The translations under genes and the position numbers were made by a program. Of a DNA stretch of 64,000 bases, positions 1 through 10,234 are shown piece after piece. How positions within the stretch are numbered: position 1 is the first letter of the stretch; every line of letters begins with the position of its first letter. Origin of the DNA: Spirochaetia bacterium (lineage in GTDB: Bacteria > Spirochaetota > Spirochaetia > UBA9216); the NCBI GenBank assembly GCA_963675665.1, contig OY776510.1:1216001-1280000 (forward strand), written 5' to 3'. A model generated the notes under the pieces. The model saw only the letters and a list, made by a program, of their open reading frames with translations. It searched no databases and was not told where the DNA came from.

Positions 1-2422
1 GGGAAGCATCGACTTCCAGGGCGCCGCAGGCGTTGCCAATGATCTCGGCGATGTGGATATAGTAAGCGCGGCAGATGTGACAACAGCCGCCGCCGGGTTC
101 CGGTCCGACACGTTTTTACAGCAGGCGGGAAGTGGGACGACGACGCTGAACGGAGCGATGATAATAAACGACGCCGGTGTCGGAGCCGGGACAGCTCTTG
201 ATATAACTGCTGTAAACATACTGGTGAACGATACGATAACGACGCTGAACGACGGGCCTGCGACCTTTACGGTAGCAACGCTACTGGATGTGGCGCCCGG
301 GGCAGACATGAACCTTGCCGGGGCATTTCTGCAGGATGGAGCGGGGAATGTGCAGACTGCCGGGAACATCATAACCTCCAACGATGCAGTAGACTTCACC
401 GGAACAGTGAGGCTTACCGACAGCGAATCTGTTGTAATAAACAGCGCCGGCGGAGACATAACCTTTGCCGATACTCTGGATGCGACAACCGATTTTGACG
501 AGGATCTGCAGCTGACGGCTGCCGGGGGAAGCATCGACTTCCAGGGCGCCGCAGGCGTTGCCAATGATATCGGCGATGTGGATATAGTAAGCGCGGCAGA
601 TGTGACAACAGCCGCCGCCGGGTTCCGGTCCGACACGTTTTTACAGCAGGCGGGAAGCGGGACGACGACGCTGAACGGAGCGATGATAATAAACGACGCC
701 GGTGTCGGAGCCGGGACAGCTCTTGATATAACTGCTGTAAACATACTGGTGAACGATACGATAACGACGCTGAACGACGGGCCTGCGACCTTTACGGTAG
801 CAACGCTACTGGATGTGGCGCCCGGGGCAGACATGAACCTTGCCGGGGCATTTCTGCAGGATGGAGCGGGGAATGTGCAGACTGCCGGGAACATCATAAC
901 CTCCAACGATGCAGTAGACTTCACCGGAACAGTGAGGCTTACCGACAGCGAATCTGTTGTAATAAACAGCGCCGGCGGAGACATAACCTTTGCCGATACT
1001 CTGGATGCGACAACCGATTTTGACGAGGATCTGCAGCTGACGGCTGCCGGGGGAAGCATCGACTTCCAGGGCGCCGCAGGCGTTGCCAATGATCTCGGCG
1101 ATGTGGATATAGTAAGCGCGGCAGATGTGACAACAGCCGCCGCCGGGTTCCGGTCCGACACGTTTTTACAGCAGGCGGGAAGCGGGACGACGACGCTGAA
1201 CGGAGCGATGATAATAAACGACGCCGGTGTCGGAGCCGGGACAGCTCTTGATATAACTGCTGTAAACATACTGGTGAACGATACGATAACGACGCTGAAC
1301 GACGGGCCTGCGACCTTTACGGTAGCAACGCTACTGGATGTGGCGCCCGGGGCAGACATGAACCTTGCCGGGGCATTTCTGCAGGATGGAGCGGGGAATG
1401 TGCAGACTGCCGGGAACATCATAACCTCCAACGATGCAGTAGACTTCACCGGAACAGTGAGGCTTACCGACAGCGAATCTGTTGTAATAAACAGCGCCGG
1501 CGGAGACATAACCTTTGCCGATACTCTGGATGCGACAACCGATTTTGACGAGGATCTGCAGCTGACGGCTGCCGGGGGAAGCATCGACTTCCAGGGCGCC
1601 GCAGGCGTTGCCAATGATCTCGGCGATGTGGATATAGTAAGCGCGGCAGATGTGACAACAGCCGCCGCCGGGTTCCGGTCCGACACGTTTTTACAGCAGG
1701 CGGGAAGCGGGACGACGACGCTGAACGGAGCGATGATAATAAACGACGCCGGTGTCGGAGCCGGGACAGCTCTTGATATAACTGCTGTAAACATACTGGT
1801 GAACGATACGATAACGACGCTGAACGACGGGCCTGCGACCTTTACGGTAGCAACGCTACTGGATGTGGCGCCCGGGGCAGACATGAACCTTGCCGGGGCA
1901 TTTCTGCAGGATGGAGCGGGGAATGTGCAGACTGCTGGGAACATCATAACCTCCAACGATGCAGTAGACTTCACCGGAACAGTGAGGCTTACCGACAGCG
2001 AATCTGTTGTAATAAACAGCGCCGGCGGAGACATAACCTTTGCCGATACTCTGGATGCGACAACCGATTTTGACGAGGATCTGCAGCTGACGGCTGCCGG
2101 GGGAAGCATCGACTTCCAGGGCGCCGCAGGCGTTGCCAATGATCTCGGCGATGTGGATATAGTAAGCGCGGCAGATGTGACAACAGCCGCCGCCGGGTTC
2201 CGGTCCGACACGTTTTTACAGCAGGCGGGAAGTGGGACGACGACGCTGAACGGAGCGATGATAATAAACGACGCCGGTGTCGGAGCCGGGACAGCTCTTG
2301 ATATAACTGCTGTAAACATACTGGTGAACGATACGATAACGACGCTGAACGACGGGCCTGCGACCTTTACGGTAGCAACGCTACTGGATGTGGCGCCCGG
2401 GGCAGACATGAACCTTGCCGGG
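1..2422 (+). repeat. Intragenic tandem repeat, 525-bp unit, about 4.6 copies visible
   Basis: Unit gggaagcatcgacttccagg recurs at 1, 526, 1051, 1576 and 2101. Only isolated differences were seen (133/2233 T vs C, 569 A vs C, 1936 T vs C). Confidence 0.97.
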
Positions 2423-5400
2423 CCTTTTTCACAGGCCGGAGCGGGCGAAACGGAGCTTGCCGGCGATATAATCACATCCTCCGACGATATTGATTTTATT
2501 GGAACGCTATGCATAGACGGCGGGCTGACAATATCGACAACCGGTGGTATGGCCCTGACATTCCCCGTTGATATTCATATCTATGCTCCGGGAGGCACAA
2601 TAACGTTGCCTGTTGACAGCCTGACATGCGATAACCTGGTTCTCTACGCAGGAACCCTTGATATGGGCGGCAACGATCTCCGGACCAATGAGGACCTCGT
2701 TTTACTGGGCGGAATCGGAGGGCCCACAACTTATGATGATGATGATCCGACAGGAGCCGCCGATGTATTTGCCTATGACAATCCACAGCGAAATTCAATC
2801 GAACCGGCGTTGTATAACCCTCTAGGTCCTGTTGATTTCCTGGCTGATTACAACGTTAATCTCATAGGAACTACCCCCTCTGGCACGGCATTTGCCGAAG
2901 CGGATTACGATGGGACGGTGGACGATCTTACCGATTCAACCGTAACCGTCGACGGGAATTTTTATACAAACGGCTGTTCCCTTCTTGCTTCAGGGGCCTG
3001 GTGGCTTCAAGTACGCAAAAATGATGATGCATCATCAGCATTTGCGGAGGCCTACAATATGACTGTTCAGAATTGTACGGTCGAAGAAAATCCTCTTGAT
3101 GATACAGGTGTGCTTATTGATGATTCGGGCGACATTGCCGCCGTGGAAAATGTTACGGTTCTGCCTGCCGATGCACACTGGCAAACCTCCCGGACTGCAC
3201 GGGTTGCGGCGGGAGTCTACACGGTTTATGACAATGTTATCCGGGTTGAATTTGATACTCCGATAGAGAACTCAAACGGGGAAATATCCAGTGTAATCGG
3301 TGAAATATATCTTGATGCTGGAAACACATTGCCTTTTACGGATGTCTACAGTGATATGGAGTGTCAGAATACACTGACTTCAGCCGACGGGGATGTATCC
3401 GTTTTCTATATAAGGATAGCAGGTACTACCTGGAATACTGACGCCTTGAGTGATGATCCGGGAGACGGAAACAGTACCGACAGGCATGATGTTCATCAGG
3501 CAACGCTTCCACAGATACATTTTGTGAAGAGTACCGGCACGGCGGATCCGAATCGTTCTTATATCCTGGTCGATCAGTATAAAAACAGAATCGAATCAGT
3601 TGCCCTTTCCGGCGCCGGCGATATAACCGATCATTGTCGTCCCGTTCTTCTCGAGGTTGCGGCGGGAATAGAAGCCCACGACAGCCCGCCGAGCGGCGCA
3701 ATGACCGAGGCTGATGCACATAACTATTTTGACCTCCGCTATTCCGAACCGGTAAATATCGGTACGGTTTCAACCCTGGCCAGCGGTTCGGATACCGCGC
3801 ACAACCGAAGCAGCGATGTACTGACGTTGTCTGGCTGGGACATAAACGGGGCCGGTACGGTAAGACTTGACAGCTTTTTTGATTATACGGGGACCATGAG
3901 TGCATTTTCATGGGATGCTTCGTCGACAAACAGTATTTACCGAGATGCAACCTTCCTCGGCGGGAATACCCACGGGGTACGAATCTATATAGCGGGTTAT
4001 TCAACAGCCGGGGCTGCTCCGGATTTTTACTGGCCGGGGTATATAATCACCGCAACGGATCCGGACCTCCAATCGGCGCTGGCTTTTTCGGATCCCGACG
4101 TAACTGATACAGCAACAGCAAGCAACCAGGTAGAGAAGGCAGATGATGACTATGACTTGGTGGAAGACAAGGGCGATCCGGCAATAGCAGGAAACTGGGA
4201 TGTGGATCCGCCGGGTTTTGCGCCGTACTCAGGAACATCGAGAGAGATAGTCAGCCTCGCCGACGCGATAACCGGTAAAATTAACCGGCTGGAGTTTCAT
4301 ATACTGGATGATTATACAGCGGACAGTGGCGGTTGGGATCCTGTCGGCAACCCGGCTATACACCCGGACCTTACGCACGGGGTTCGAGATTCAAGCCTGA
4401 ATGATGTCGATGCATTTTATATCGAAGAAGACAGTGTTGAGCCTAGAACTAACGCTTACAATATTGATTTTGTAACGGACGTAAACAACACGCTGTTTCT
4501 TACGCAGACCGGTCAGGATGATCCTTACTTTGCGATGAATATTTCAACAGCCGGGCACGACTGGAATTTGCTTTCCGAGTTGGTTGTCGAATATAATTCG
4601 TCTCTTGGTCGAATAACGGACCTGGCAGGAAACCTGCTGCCGAGTCAGGCCACTCCTATTTTCTGTATAGAAAGGGTCCCGCCCTATATCAGTCTTTCTT
4701 TGGGCGTAGTCGGGGGAACCAAAGTTTATGTTAAATTCTCGGAACCGGTTTTCGGATACGACGGATCGAATACCTCCGCTCTTACCATAGGCCATTTTAA
4801 TTCATCGGTCGGAAACGGGACCATACTAACCGGTATGGATGTTATTTCATACGGCGACAACGGGGGAGTCCTTGAAGCGTTCCTGTATCTGAATGAGCCG
4901 CTTTCCGAGAATGTTTCTTTATCAGGAACATTAAAGTCAAATGTCGATTCGATATCGGACCTTCTAAAAAATGCAATGATCAGCACCCGGCTGCACCGCG
5001 TAACGGACGTAGCCGCAGGGGTTGTTGAGCCGGTCTGGGCTTCCGACGGTGTGCATGCCGACTCGGACACCGGCAGCACCACAACTTCCGCGCTCAGGGC
5101 TTTTGACGGGACCGGAAAACTGATGGATCGGGACATAACCATTGAGGCCTCTGTATTGGCGAGCGGATATTCCGGACTGCCTGTTCAGCTTTTCTATGAT
5201 GCAAACCCGTCTGAGGATGTTGTTAACGACAACGGTCTCTGGCTGCCGTCTTTCGTTTCAATAGAACTGCCGACGCCTAATGAAGCCGCCAGGGGGCTTT
5301 CGTCCGTCCGTTCTGCAGGCGCTGTAAGGGATTTTATAATTCCGGCTTCAGATCCGGAAATGGCGGCAGGCAACGATATTGAGTTTGTTCTCAAGCTCGG

Positions 5401-5773
5401 AAATCTGTTCTCCATGCGAAGTCTGGATGTAAATGATCCGAGACTGTTGTCGCCCTGGATTATACCGATCGAAGACATCGTTCGTCAAAGCAGCGGGGTT
5501 ACAATCCTGAATAACGTGATTAACCCGACTCTTGGCGATAAAACGGTCATTACTTATGATCTCAAACAGCAGGGTATGGTTACCATAAACATCTTCAATC
5601 TTTCCGGCGACCTGATAAAAATCCTGTACCGCGGGGCGCAGGGTACGGGCAGTTACACCTATACCTGGGATGGAACCAACAGGGCCGGAAACCAGGTTGC
5701 CAGAGGGATTTACTTTATCCGTGTAGTAGCGCCGGGAATTGACGAGTTCAGAAAGGTAATGGTTGTAAAATAG
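2..5773 (+). CDS. Giant repeat-containing surface/adhesin-like protein with C-terminal FlgD Ig-like domain (5' end lies outside the window)
   Basis: The frame is open from position 2 (GSIDFQGAAG...), so the GTG at 53 is internal. It has 175-aa Asp/Gly/Thr/Ala-rich tandem repeats. The C-terminus VTILNNVINP...YTWDGTNRAGNQVARGIYFIRV...KVMVVK is FlgD_ig-like. Confidence 0.85.
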   Translation, partial: GSIDFQGAAGVANDLGDVDIVSAADVTTAAAGFRSDTFLQQAGSGTTTLNGAMIINDAGVGAGTALDITAVNILVNDTITTLNDGPATFTVATLLDVAPGADMNLAGAFLQDGAGNVQTAGNIITSNDAVDFTGTVRLTDSESVVINSAGGDITFADTLDATTDFDEDLQLTAAGGSIDFQGAAGVANDIGDVDIVSAADVTTAAAGFRSDTFLQQAGSGTTTLNGAMIINDAGVGAGTALDITAVNILVNDTITTLNDGPATFTVATLLDVAPGADMNLAGAFLQDGAGNVQTAGNIITSNDAVDFTGTVRLTDSESVVINSAGGDITFADTLDATTDFDEDLQLTAAGGSIDFQGAAGVANDLGDVDIVSAADVTTAAAGFRSDTFLQQAGSGTTTLNGAMIINDAGVGAGTALDITAVNILVNDTITTLNDGPATFTVATLLDVAPGADMNLAGAFLQDGAGNVQTAGNIITSNDAVDFTGTVRLTDSESVVINSAGGDITFADTLDATTDFDEDLQLTAAGGSIDFQGAAGVANDLGDVDIVSAADVTTAAAGFRSDTFLQQAGSGTTTLNGAMIINDAGVGAGTALDITAVNILVNDTITTLNDGPATFTVATLLDVAPGADMNLAGAFLQDGAGNVQTAGNIITSNDAVDFTGTVRLTDSESVVINSAGGDITFADTLDATTDFDEDLQLTAAGGSIDFQGAAGVANDLGDVDIVSAADVTTAAAGFRSDTFLQQAGSGTTTLNGAMIINDAGVGAGTALDITAVNILVNDTITTLNDGPATFTVATLLDVAPGADMNLAGPFSQAGAGETELAGDIITSSDDIDFIGTLCIDGGLTISTTGGMALTFPVDIHIYAPGGTITLPVDSLTCDNLVLYAGTLDMGGNDLRTNEDLVLLGGIGGPTTYDDDDPTGAADVFAYDNPQRNSIEPALYNPLGPVDFLADYNVNLIGTTPSGTAFAEADYDGTVDDLTDSTVTVDGNFYTNGCSLLASGAWWLQVRKNDDASSAFAEAYNMTVQNCTVEENPLDDTGVLIDDSGDIAAVENVTVLPADAHWQTSRTARVAAGVYTVYDNVIRVEFDTPIENSNGEISSVIGEIYLDAGNTLPFTDVYSDMECQNTLTSADGDVSVFYIRIAGTTWNTDALSDDPGDGNSTDRHDVHQATLPQIHFVKSTGTADPNRSYILVDQYKNRIESVALSGAGDITDHCRPVLLEVAAGIEAHDSPPSGAMTEADAHNYFDLRYSEPVNIGTVSTLASGSDTAHNRSSDVLTLSGWDINGAGTVRLDSFFDYTGTMSAFSWDASSTNSIYRDATFLGGNTHGVRIYIAGYSTAGAAPDFYWPGYIITATDPDLQSALAFSDPDVTDTATASNQVEKADDDYDLVEDKGDPAIAGNWDVDPPGFAPYSGTSREIVSLADAITGKINRLEFHILDDYTADSGGWDPVGNPAIHPDLTHGVRDSSLNDVDAFYIEEDSVEPRTNAYNIDFVTDVNNTLFLTQTGQDDPYFAMNISTAGHDWNLLSELVVEYNSSLGRITDLAGNLLPSQATPIFCIERVPPYISLSLGVVGGTKVYVKFSEPVFGYDGSNTSALTIGHFNSSVGNGTILTGMDVISYGDNGGVLEAFLYLNEPLSENVSLSGTLKSNVDSISDLLKNAMISTRLHRVTDVAAGVVEPVWASDGVHADSDTGSTTTSALRAFDGTGKLMDRDITIEASVLASGYSGLPVQLFYDANPSEDVVNDNGLWLPSFVSIELPTPNEAARGLSSVRSAGAVRDFIIPASDPEMAAGNDIEFVLKLGNLFSMRSLDVNDPRLLSPWIIPIEDIVRQSSGVTILNNVINPTLGDKTVITYDLKQQGMVTINIFNLSGDLIKILYRGAQGTGSYTYTWDGTNRAGNQVARGIYFIRVVAPGIDEFRKVMVVK

Positions 5774-5777
5774 AGTA

Positions 5778-6944
5778 TCAGTCGAAGCTGCCGTCGGCTG
5801 AATATTCCAGATAAGGTTCCGATATCAGAACGCTTCCGACATCGAAACCGTGGCAGCCGCACTGGGTATTTGTCGGAACTACGGATATTAATAATACCGG
5901 TTCAAGGATGTTGCCGGAGTTGTCAATCTGGATGCTGCCTGTTTCAAGGTAGACCTTGGTCCAGCTTGTCCATCCTGAACTGGACTCCGGCTCAAAAGTC
6001 TCGTAATATGATTTGTTATTCAGTTCGTTCTGAAGCGACTTAACTGAAAGCGTAACGTTTTCCGATGCCATTCGGTTGAGTCCGTTGGCATTCGGACTGA
6101 TTTCCGGATCGTTCAGGACTTTAATTGAAAACCTGTAATAGCCGGAAAGAAGATCCGGTCTTGAGCCTGTCAAATCGTTGAATGGCACCCTGAAGGCCAG
6201 GGCTGCTCCGGTATCTGTTCTTCCGACCCGAAGGTTGTCTATATAACCTTCCTGAATCGGACTTTGTGCTGCTGTTTTTCCAATAGTGAAATAAGTGCCT
6301 GTGCTGTTATATGTAAATGAGCTGTCGACATAGTCAGTAAAGGCTTCCGGAACAAGGTAAAGGCTGCTGAACGTAGAGATAGTAAGCGACCATAATTCCT
6401 GGTCGCCGGCTTCTCCCGGCCACTGTTCGAAAGCGATGTTGCTTGAAAGAGATTTAAGACCGAATCTGAGCACATAATTGCCATCCGATGAAAATCCGGA
6501 AAGATAGCTGTTAAGATTAAAATCTATACGATCTTCAGGGTCTGGAATGTCAAAATGATAAACATTTCCGGCTATATCGTTCGGCACCACACCGGCTTCG
6601 ATCGCTCCTGTAGGAACCCCGCCTGTACCGCCGCCGTCTATTGAGTTTCCCGTAGCTGTTCCTGATTCAAACCCGCCGTCGTTCATAAGATTAACCAGTT
6701 CAAGCCGGAAGACTGTCGAAGTTGTGTCGTCAAGCCCGGTTGTTGTGTACGAGGTGCTACCTATGTCTACAGCTACAAGGTAGTCAAAGCTGGTCGTGAC
6801 ATCATATTCCACGTTCCATGATGAAAATGATAAATCAGGTGATGTCAGAATTTGAGATTGTTCCAGTTCCTCAAAATAGTTTCCCGACAGGCAGGAGATT
6901 AAAAGAGAAATAGATAATATTGATAAAAGCAGCAGTCTTCTCAT
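5778..6944 (-). CDS. Lipoprotein of unknown function, possibly with a CBM-like jelly-roll domain
   Basis: Signal peptide with lipobox LLIS-C; motifs LMNDGGFES and YIDNLRV resemble CBM4/9-type domains. Confidence 0.7.
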   Translation of the reverse strand: MRRLLLLSILSISLLISCLSGNYFEELEQSQILTSPDLSFSSWNVEYDVTTSFDYLVAVDIGSTSYTTTGLDDTTSTVFRLELVNLMNDGGFESGTATGNSIDGGGTGGVPTGAIEAGVVPNDIAGNVYHFDIPDPEDRIDFNLNSYLSGFSSDGNYVLRFGLKSLSSNIAFEQWPGEAGDQELWSLTISTFSSLYLVPEAFTDYVDSSFTYNSTGTYFTIGKTAAQSPIQEGYIDNLRVGRTDTGAALAFRVPFNDLTGSRPDLLSGYYRFSIKVLNDPEISPNANGLNRMASENVTLSVKSLQNELNNKSYYETFEPESSSGWTSWTKVYLETGSIQIDNSGNILEPVLLISVVPTNTQCGCHGFDVGSVLISEPYLEYSADGSFD

Positions 6945-7030
6945 GTACTAATTAATATATCTCTTATTATTGAAAAAGTCTAAAGTCTTTTCTTGTAAGA
7001 ATTAATAAAATTCTGCTATTATTGTCACAT

Positions 7031-7927
7031 ATGCCTGAAATTACAGTAATAATTCCTGTTTACAACCGTCCCGAAATGCTTCGGCAGGCAGTAGAGTCGG
7101 TATTTGAGCAGAGCTTTGCCGATTTTGAACTGATTATAGTTGACGACGGCTCCACTGACACGACCGGGGCCGTTGCCGCCGGGCTGGCCGCTGCCCCTGC
7201 GGCACGGGGGCGCTGCCGGGTTATAACAACGAAGCACCGCGGTTACCCCGGGGCGGCCCGCAACCGTGGAGCGGAAGAGGCTTTAGGTCGTTACCTGGCT
7301 TTTCTTGATTCTGATGATATCTGGACGCCCGAAAAACTTGAGATGCAGTCTTCATTTATGCATGAAAACCGCAGTGTTATAAGCCATACCAGAGAGCTGT
7401 GGCTGCGCGGGGAAAAGACGGTCAGCCAGAAAGGGCAGAAGCATAAACGTGAGGGGCACATTTTTGAAAATGCCCTTAAAAAATGCATAATAGGGCCTTC
7501 TACGGTTATGATGGAACGGGATTTTTACCTTCAGACCGGGGGATTTAACGAGAATCTTGAAATAGCCGAGGATTACGAGTACTGGTTGCGTATAACCTGT
7601 GGATATCCTGTGGGTTATGTGAATGAAATGCTTACGCATAAACGTGCGGGATCCTGGCCGCAGCTGTCGGAAAAATACGGAAAGATAGAATGGTACAGGC
7701 TGTGCGCACTTGCCGGACTTCTCGGGATTGATGTTCCGGGGGGTAACACGTCACATGAATATATGCCCGGCTACGAATGGATGGGCTTCAGCGGAGAAAA
7801 CCTTGCCGCTGCAACAGACGAGTTTATATTCAAATGTAAAGTCTGGTCGGACGGATGCAGAAAACGCGGAAAAATACACGAAGCTGAACAATTCGATGAT
7901 ATAATCAGGACATGCAAAACGAAATAA
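7031..7927 (+). CDS. Glycosyltransferase family 2
   Basis: VIIPVYNR, IIVDDGSTD, ARNRG, FLDSDD and EDYEYW motifs; start probably the ATG at 7031. Confidence 0.92.
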   Translation: MPEITVIIPVYNRPEMLRQAVESVFEQSFADFELIIVDDGSTDTTGAVAAGLAAAPAARGRCRVITTKHRGYPGAARNRGAEEALGRYLAFLDSDDIWTPEKLEMQSSFMHENRSVISHTRELWLRGEKTVSQKGQKHKREGHIFENALKKCIIGPSTVMMERDFYLQTGGFNENLEIAEDYEYWLRITCGYPVGYVNEMLTHKRAGSWPQLSEKYGKIEWYRLCALAGLLGIDVPGGNTSHEYMPGYEWMGFSGENLAAATDEFIFKCKVWSDGCRKRGKIHEAEQFDDIIRTCKTK

Positions 7928-8958
7928 TTAAAGAAACGAACCTTCTTGACGTTAGGGGCAATATCGCCGAACCTGGGTGGGCGCGAAAGTCATTATATAA
8001 ATACGACAGAAGCGCAATCAGGGCCCCCGGATTCAGAATCAAGGAATGGGACTATTACTGCGTTATGTCGGCGGAGTACGGGCTTGCTCTTACTGCGGCG
8101 GACAACGGATATATGGGTTTTTTTGCGGTTACGTTGTTTGATTTCAGAAAATGTTCTGAAACTTCCGGAACAGTTATGACGTTTCTTCCGCTCGGTAAAT
8201 ACGGCATGCCTTCTTCTACGGTTACAGGTGATGTGCTTGTCGATGAACGGGCAATCAGGATGTCATTTGTTCACGAGGGGCGAAAAAAGGTGTTGCGGCT
8301 CGATTATCCGGCCTTTGACAAAGGCCGGGGTATTACGGCCGAACTGGAGCTTTTCCCTCCTGCAGAAGATTATGACCGGATGGTGATTGCTACTCCGTTC
8401 AACAAACGCGGCAGATTCTATTTCAATGAAAAGCACAATTGCCTCAGCGCGTACGGTAAAGTTGAAAGCGGAGATTTTAAATATGTTTTCGGGGCGGATG
8501 ATTCGTCAAAGGCCATGGCTGTTCTGGACTGGGGGCGCGGAGTCTGGACGTATAAAAATACATGGTACTGGGGTTCTGCTTCAGGAGAGGTCGACGGAGT
8601 GCCTTTCGGATTTAATATCGGCTACGGTTTCGGAGACACTACGGCAGCCACCGAGAATGCACTTTTTTACAACGGAAGGGCACATAAGCTTGAGCACGTA
8701 AGCTTTAATATTCCCGGTGAGTCGGAAGGAAACGAACGTTATATGGAACCCTGGAAATTTACCAGTTCGGACGGACGCTTTGAAATGGATTTTGAGCCGG
8801 TCCTCGATCGTTTTTCCGATACCAATGTTATTATTATCCGAAGCAGCCAGCACCAGGTGTTCGGCCGCTTTTCAGGTAGGGCTGTGCTTGATGACGGTAA
8901 AATCATTGATTTGAAAGATTTTCCGGGCTTCGCCGAGAAGGTCTTCAACAGGTGGTAA
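7912..8958 (+). CDS. DUF2804-family protein
   Basis: RIKEWDYY, LDWGRGVW, TWYW, ATEN and HQVFG motifs recalled from DUF2804 proteins. Confidence 0.75.
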   Translation: MQNEIIKETNLLDVRGNIAEPGWARKSLYKYDRSAIRAPGFRIKEWDYYCVMSAEYGLALTAADNGYMGFFAVTLFDFRKCSETSGTVMTFLPLGKYGMPSSTVTGDVLVDERAIRMSFVHEGRKKVLRLDYPAFDKGRGITAELELFPPAEDYDRMVIATPFNKRGRFYFNEKHNCLSAYGKVESGDFKYVFGADDSSKAMAVLDWGRGVWTYKNTWYWGSASGEVDGVPFGFNIGYGFGDTTAATENALFYNGRAHKLEHVSFNIPGESEGNERYMEPWKFTSSDGRFEMDFEPVLDRFSDTNVIIIRSSQHQVFGRFSGRAVLDDGKIIDLKDFPGFAEKVFNRW

Positions 8959-8959
8959 G

Positions 8960-8986
8960 AAAAAGAACCCGGGCATGTGCCCGGGT
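8960..8986 (-). terminator. Intrinsic terminator between convergent genes
   Basis: Hairpin acccgggca-tg-tgcccgggt (8967-8986) next to an A-run, which is a U-tract on the minus strand. Confidence 0.75.
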
Positions 8987-9020
8987 ATCTGAAGAGTGTT
9001 ACATGTTTATCTGTACTTTA

Positions 9021-10070
9021 TCAATAAACGGCAACAGGCGCTCCTGAGCTGATTACTGTACCGCTGTCGTCTGTTTCGTAATTTGCGGTAAAAGTAACAA
9101 TGGATCCGCCGGTGATTTCATCCAGCAGCTGGGTTTTGGTTTTAACAGTCTTTTTCCCGTTGGGCCTTATTTCATAGCGGATTACCGTTTCAGACGCTTT
9201 AATTACAAAATCGGCTCCGGAGAAAAGATAATCCGTTAAGGCTGATATCTTGGTATCGAGATTCTGAACTGCAGCCTCCCGGGTAAATGTTCTTTCGTAG
9301 GCCAAAGATGTTTTTGTCGGTTTGGTAAGATCGCCGTGCTCGGTATAATACCGGGTTCCAACTATAATTGTATAATCGGAATAGAAGTTAAGCGGATCGC
9401 CGTATTCCTGCACATAATTTACCATACTGGAGTAGTTTGCATCGGTATCCGCAGGCGGTGTATAGGTTGTGCCGGATGGAAAAACAAGGTCGCCGTTTAT
9501 ATCGAACGGAGCGTATTGAAGATTGCTGCCGTCAAGGGTATTGGCGGCCACCTTTTCGTAGCGGATCGAACCGTCGGCATATTCCGTTTCGAAAGCAATG
9601 CGGTAATTGGTGTTTATTGTGCCGTCTGCTTCGCAGATACTGTCGTGGTTATTAAGATAGCCGTCCCCGTTGTCTTTGATGTAATACGATTCGGTAGTGC
9701 TTACAATGGCATCCTGCCTGGGGTAGGTTGTTACGTTGACTACTGTGTAAATGTTGTTGCCGACATCTTTACCGGTAATGGTTACGTTGGTGTTCTGCCC
9801 TTTCTCCGGGTAATTGTTGCTTTTTGACGTAGTTGTCGCGCCGTCTGTTGCCGGCAGTAAGACTTCTTTCGTGTAGTCCCAGGCCGCCCGGCTGTCAGCC
9901 AGCTCAGCGTCGCCGCGCAGCATGAAATATGAGCTCAAAAGGTAATCTTCGATAGTTTTGACCTCGTCAGTTGATAGTCTTCCGGTTGTTCCTTCGCCGC
10001 ATGAAGCAAACAGCAAAGCGGTTATAACAAGAAAAATTGCCAACAGGCTTGTTTTATATCTATTTGTCAT
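9021..10070 (-). CDS. Lipoprotein of unknown function, downstream of and co-oriented with pelG
   Basis: GGAGGA SD before the ATG at 10070; lipobox LFAS-C; Thr/Tyr/Asp-rich, probably beta-rich mature part. Confidence 0.75.
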   Translation of the reverse strand: MTNRYKTSLLAIFLVITALLFASCGEGTTGRLSTDEVKTIEDYLLSSYFMLRGDAELADSRAAWDYTKEVLLPATDGATTTSKSNNYPEKGQNTNVTITGKDVGNNIYTVVNVTTYPRQDAIVSTTESYYIKDNGDGYLNNHDSICEADGTINTNYRIAFETEYADGSIRYEKVAANTLDGSNLQYAPFDINGDLVFPSGTTYTPPADTDANYSSMVNYVQEYGDPLNFYSDYTIIVGTRYYTEHGDLTKPTKTSLAYERTFTREAAVQNLDTKISALTDYLFSGADFVIKASETVIRYEIRPNGKKTVKTKTQLLDEITGGSIVTFTANYETDDSGTVISSGAPVAVY

Positions 10071-10234
10071 AATGTCCTCCTGTAAAAAAATCCACACAAA
10101 AGCTGCAAAACAGCTTCGGTAGCAAATATCGGTAAGGCTGTGTACACTATATATTAGAAAAACAATAAGCCAAACCAGATTATTAATGCCACAAAAAAAT
10201 AAAAAAACAACTTTTTTTTAAAAATAATTCATTT

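Noticed and set aside
414-2183. Four repeated 64-aa minus-strand ORFs
   Set aside because: Antisense shadows of the 525-bp coding repeat.
1-2422. Possible CRISPR array or DGR template/variable repeats
   Set aside because: Units are 525 bp, in frame and have no spacers; differences are not adenine-specific, and no reverse transcriptase or cas gene is present.
10085-10150. Possible c-di-GMP riboswitch in the lipoprotein leader after pelG
   Set aside because: A hairpin is present (aagctg/cagctt), but the class I and class II consensus motifs are missing.
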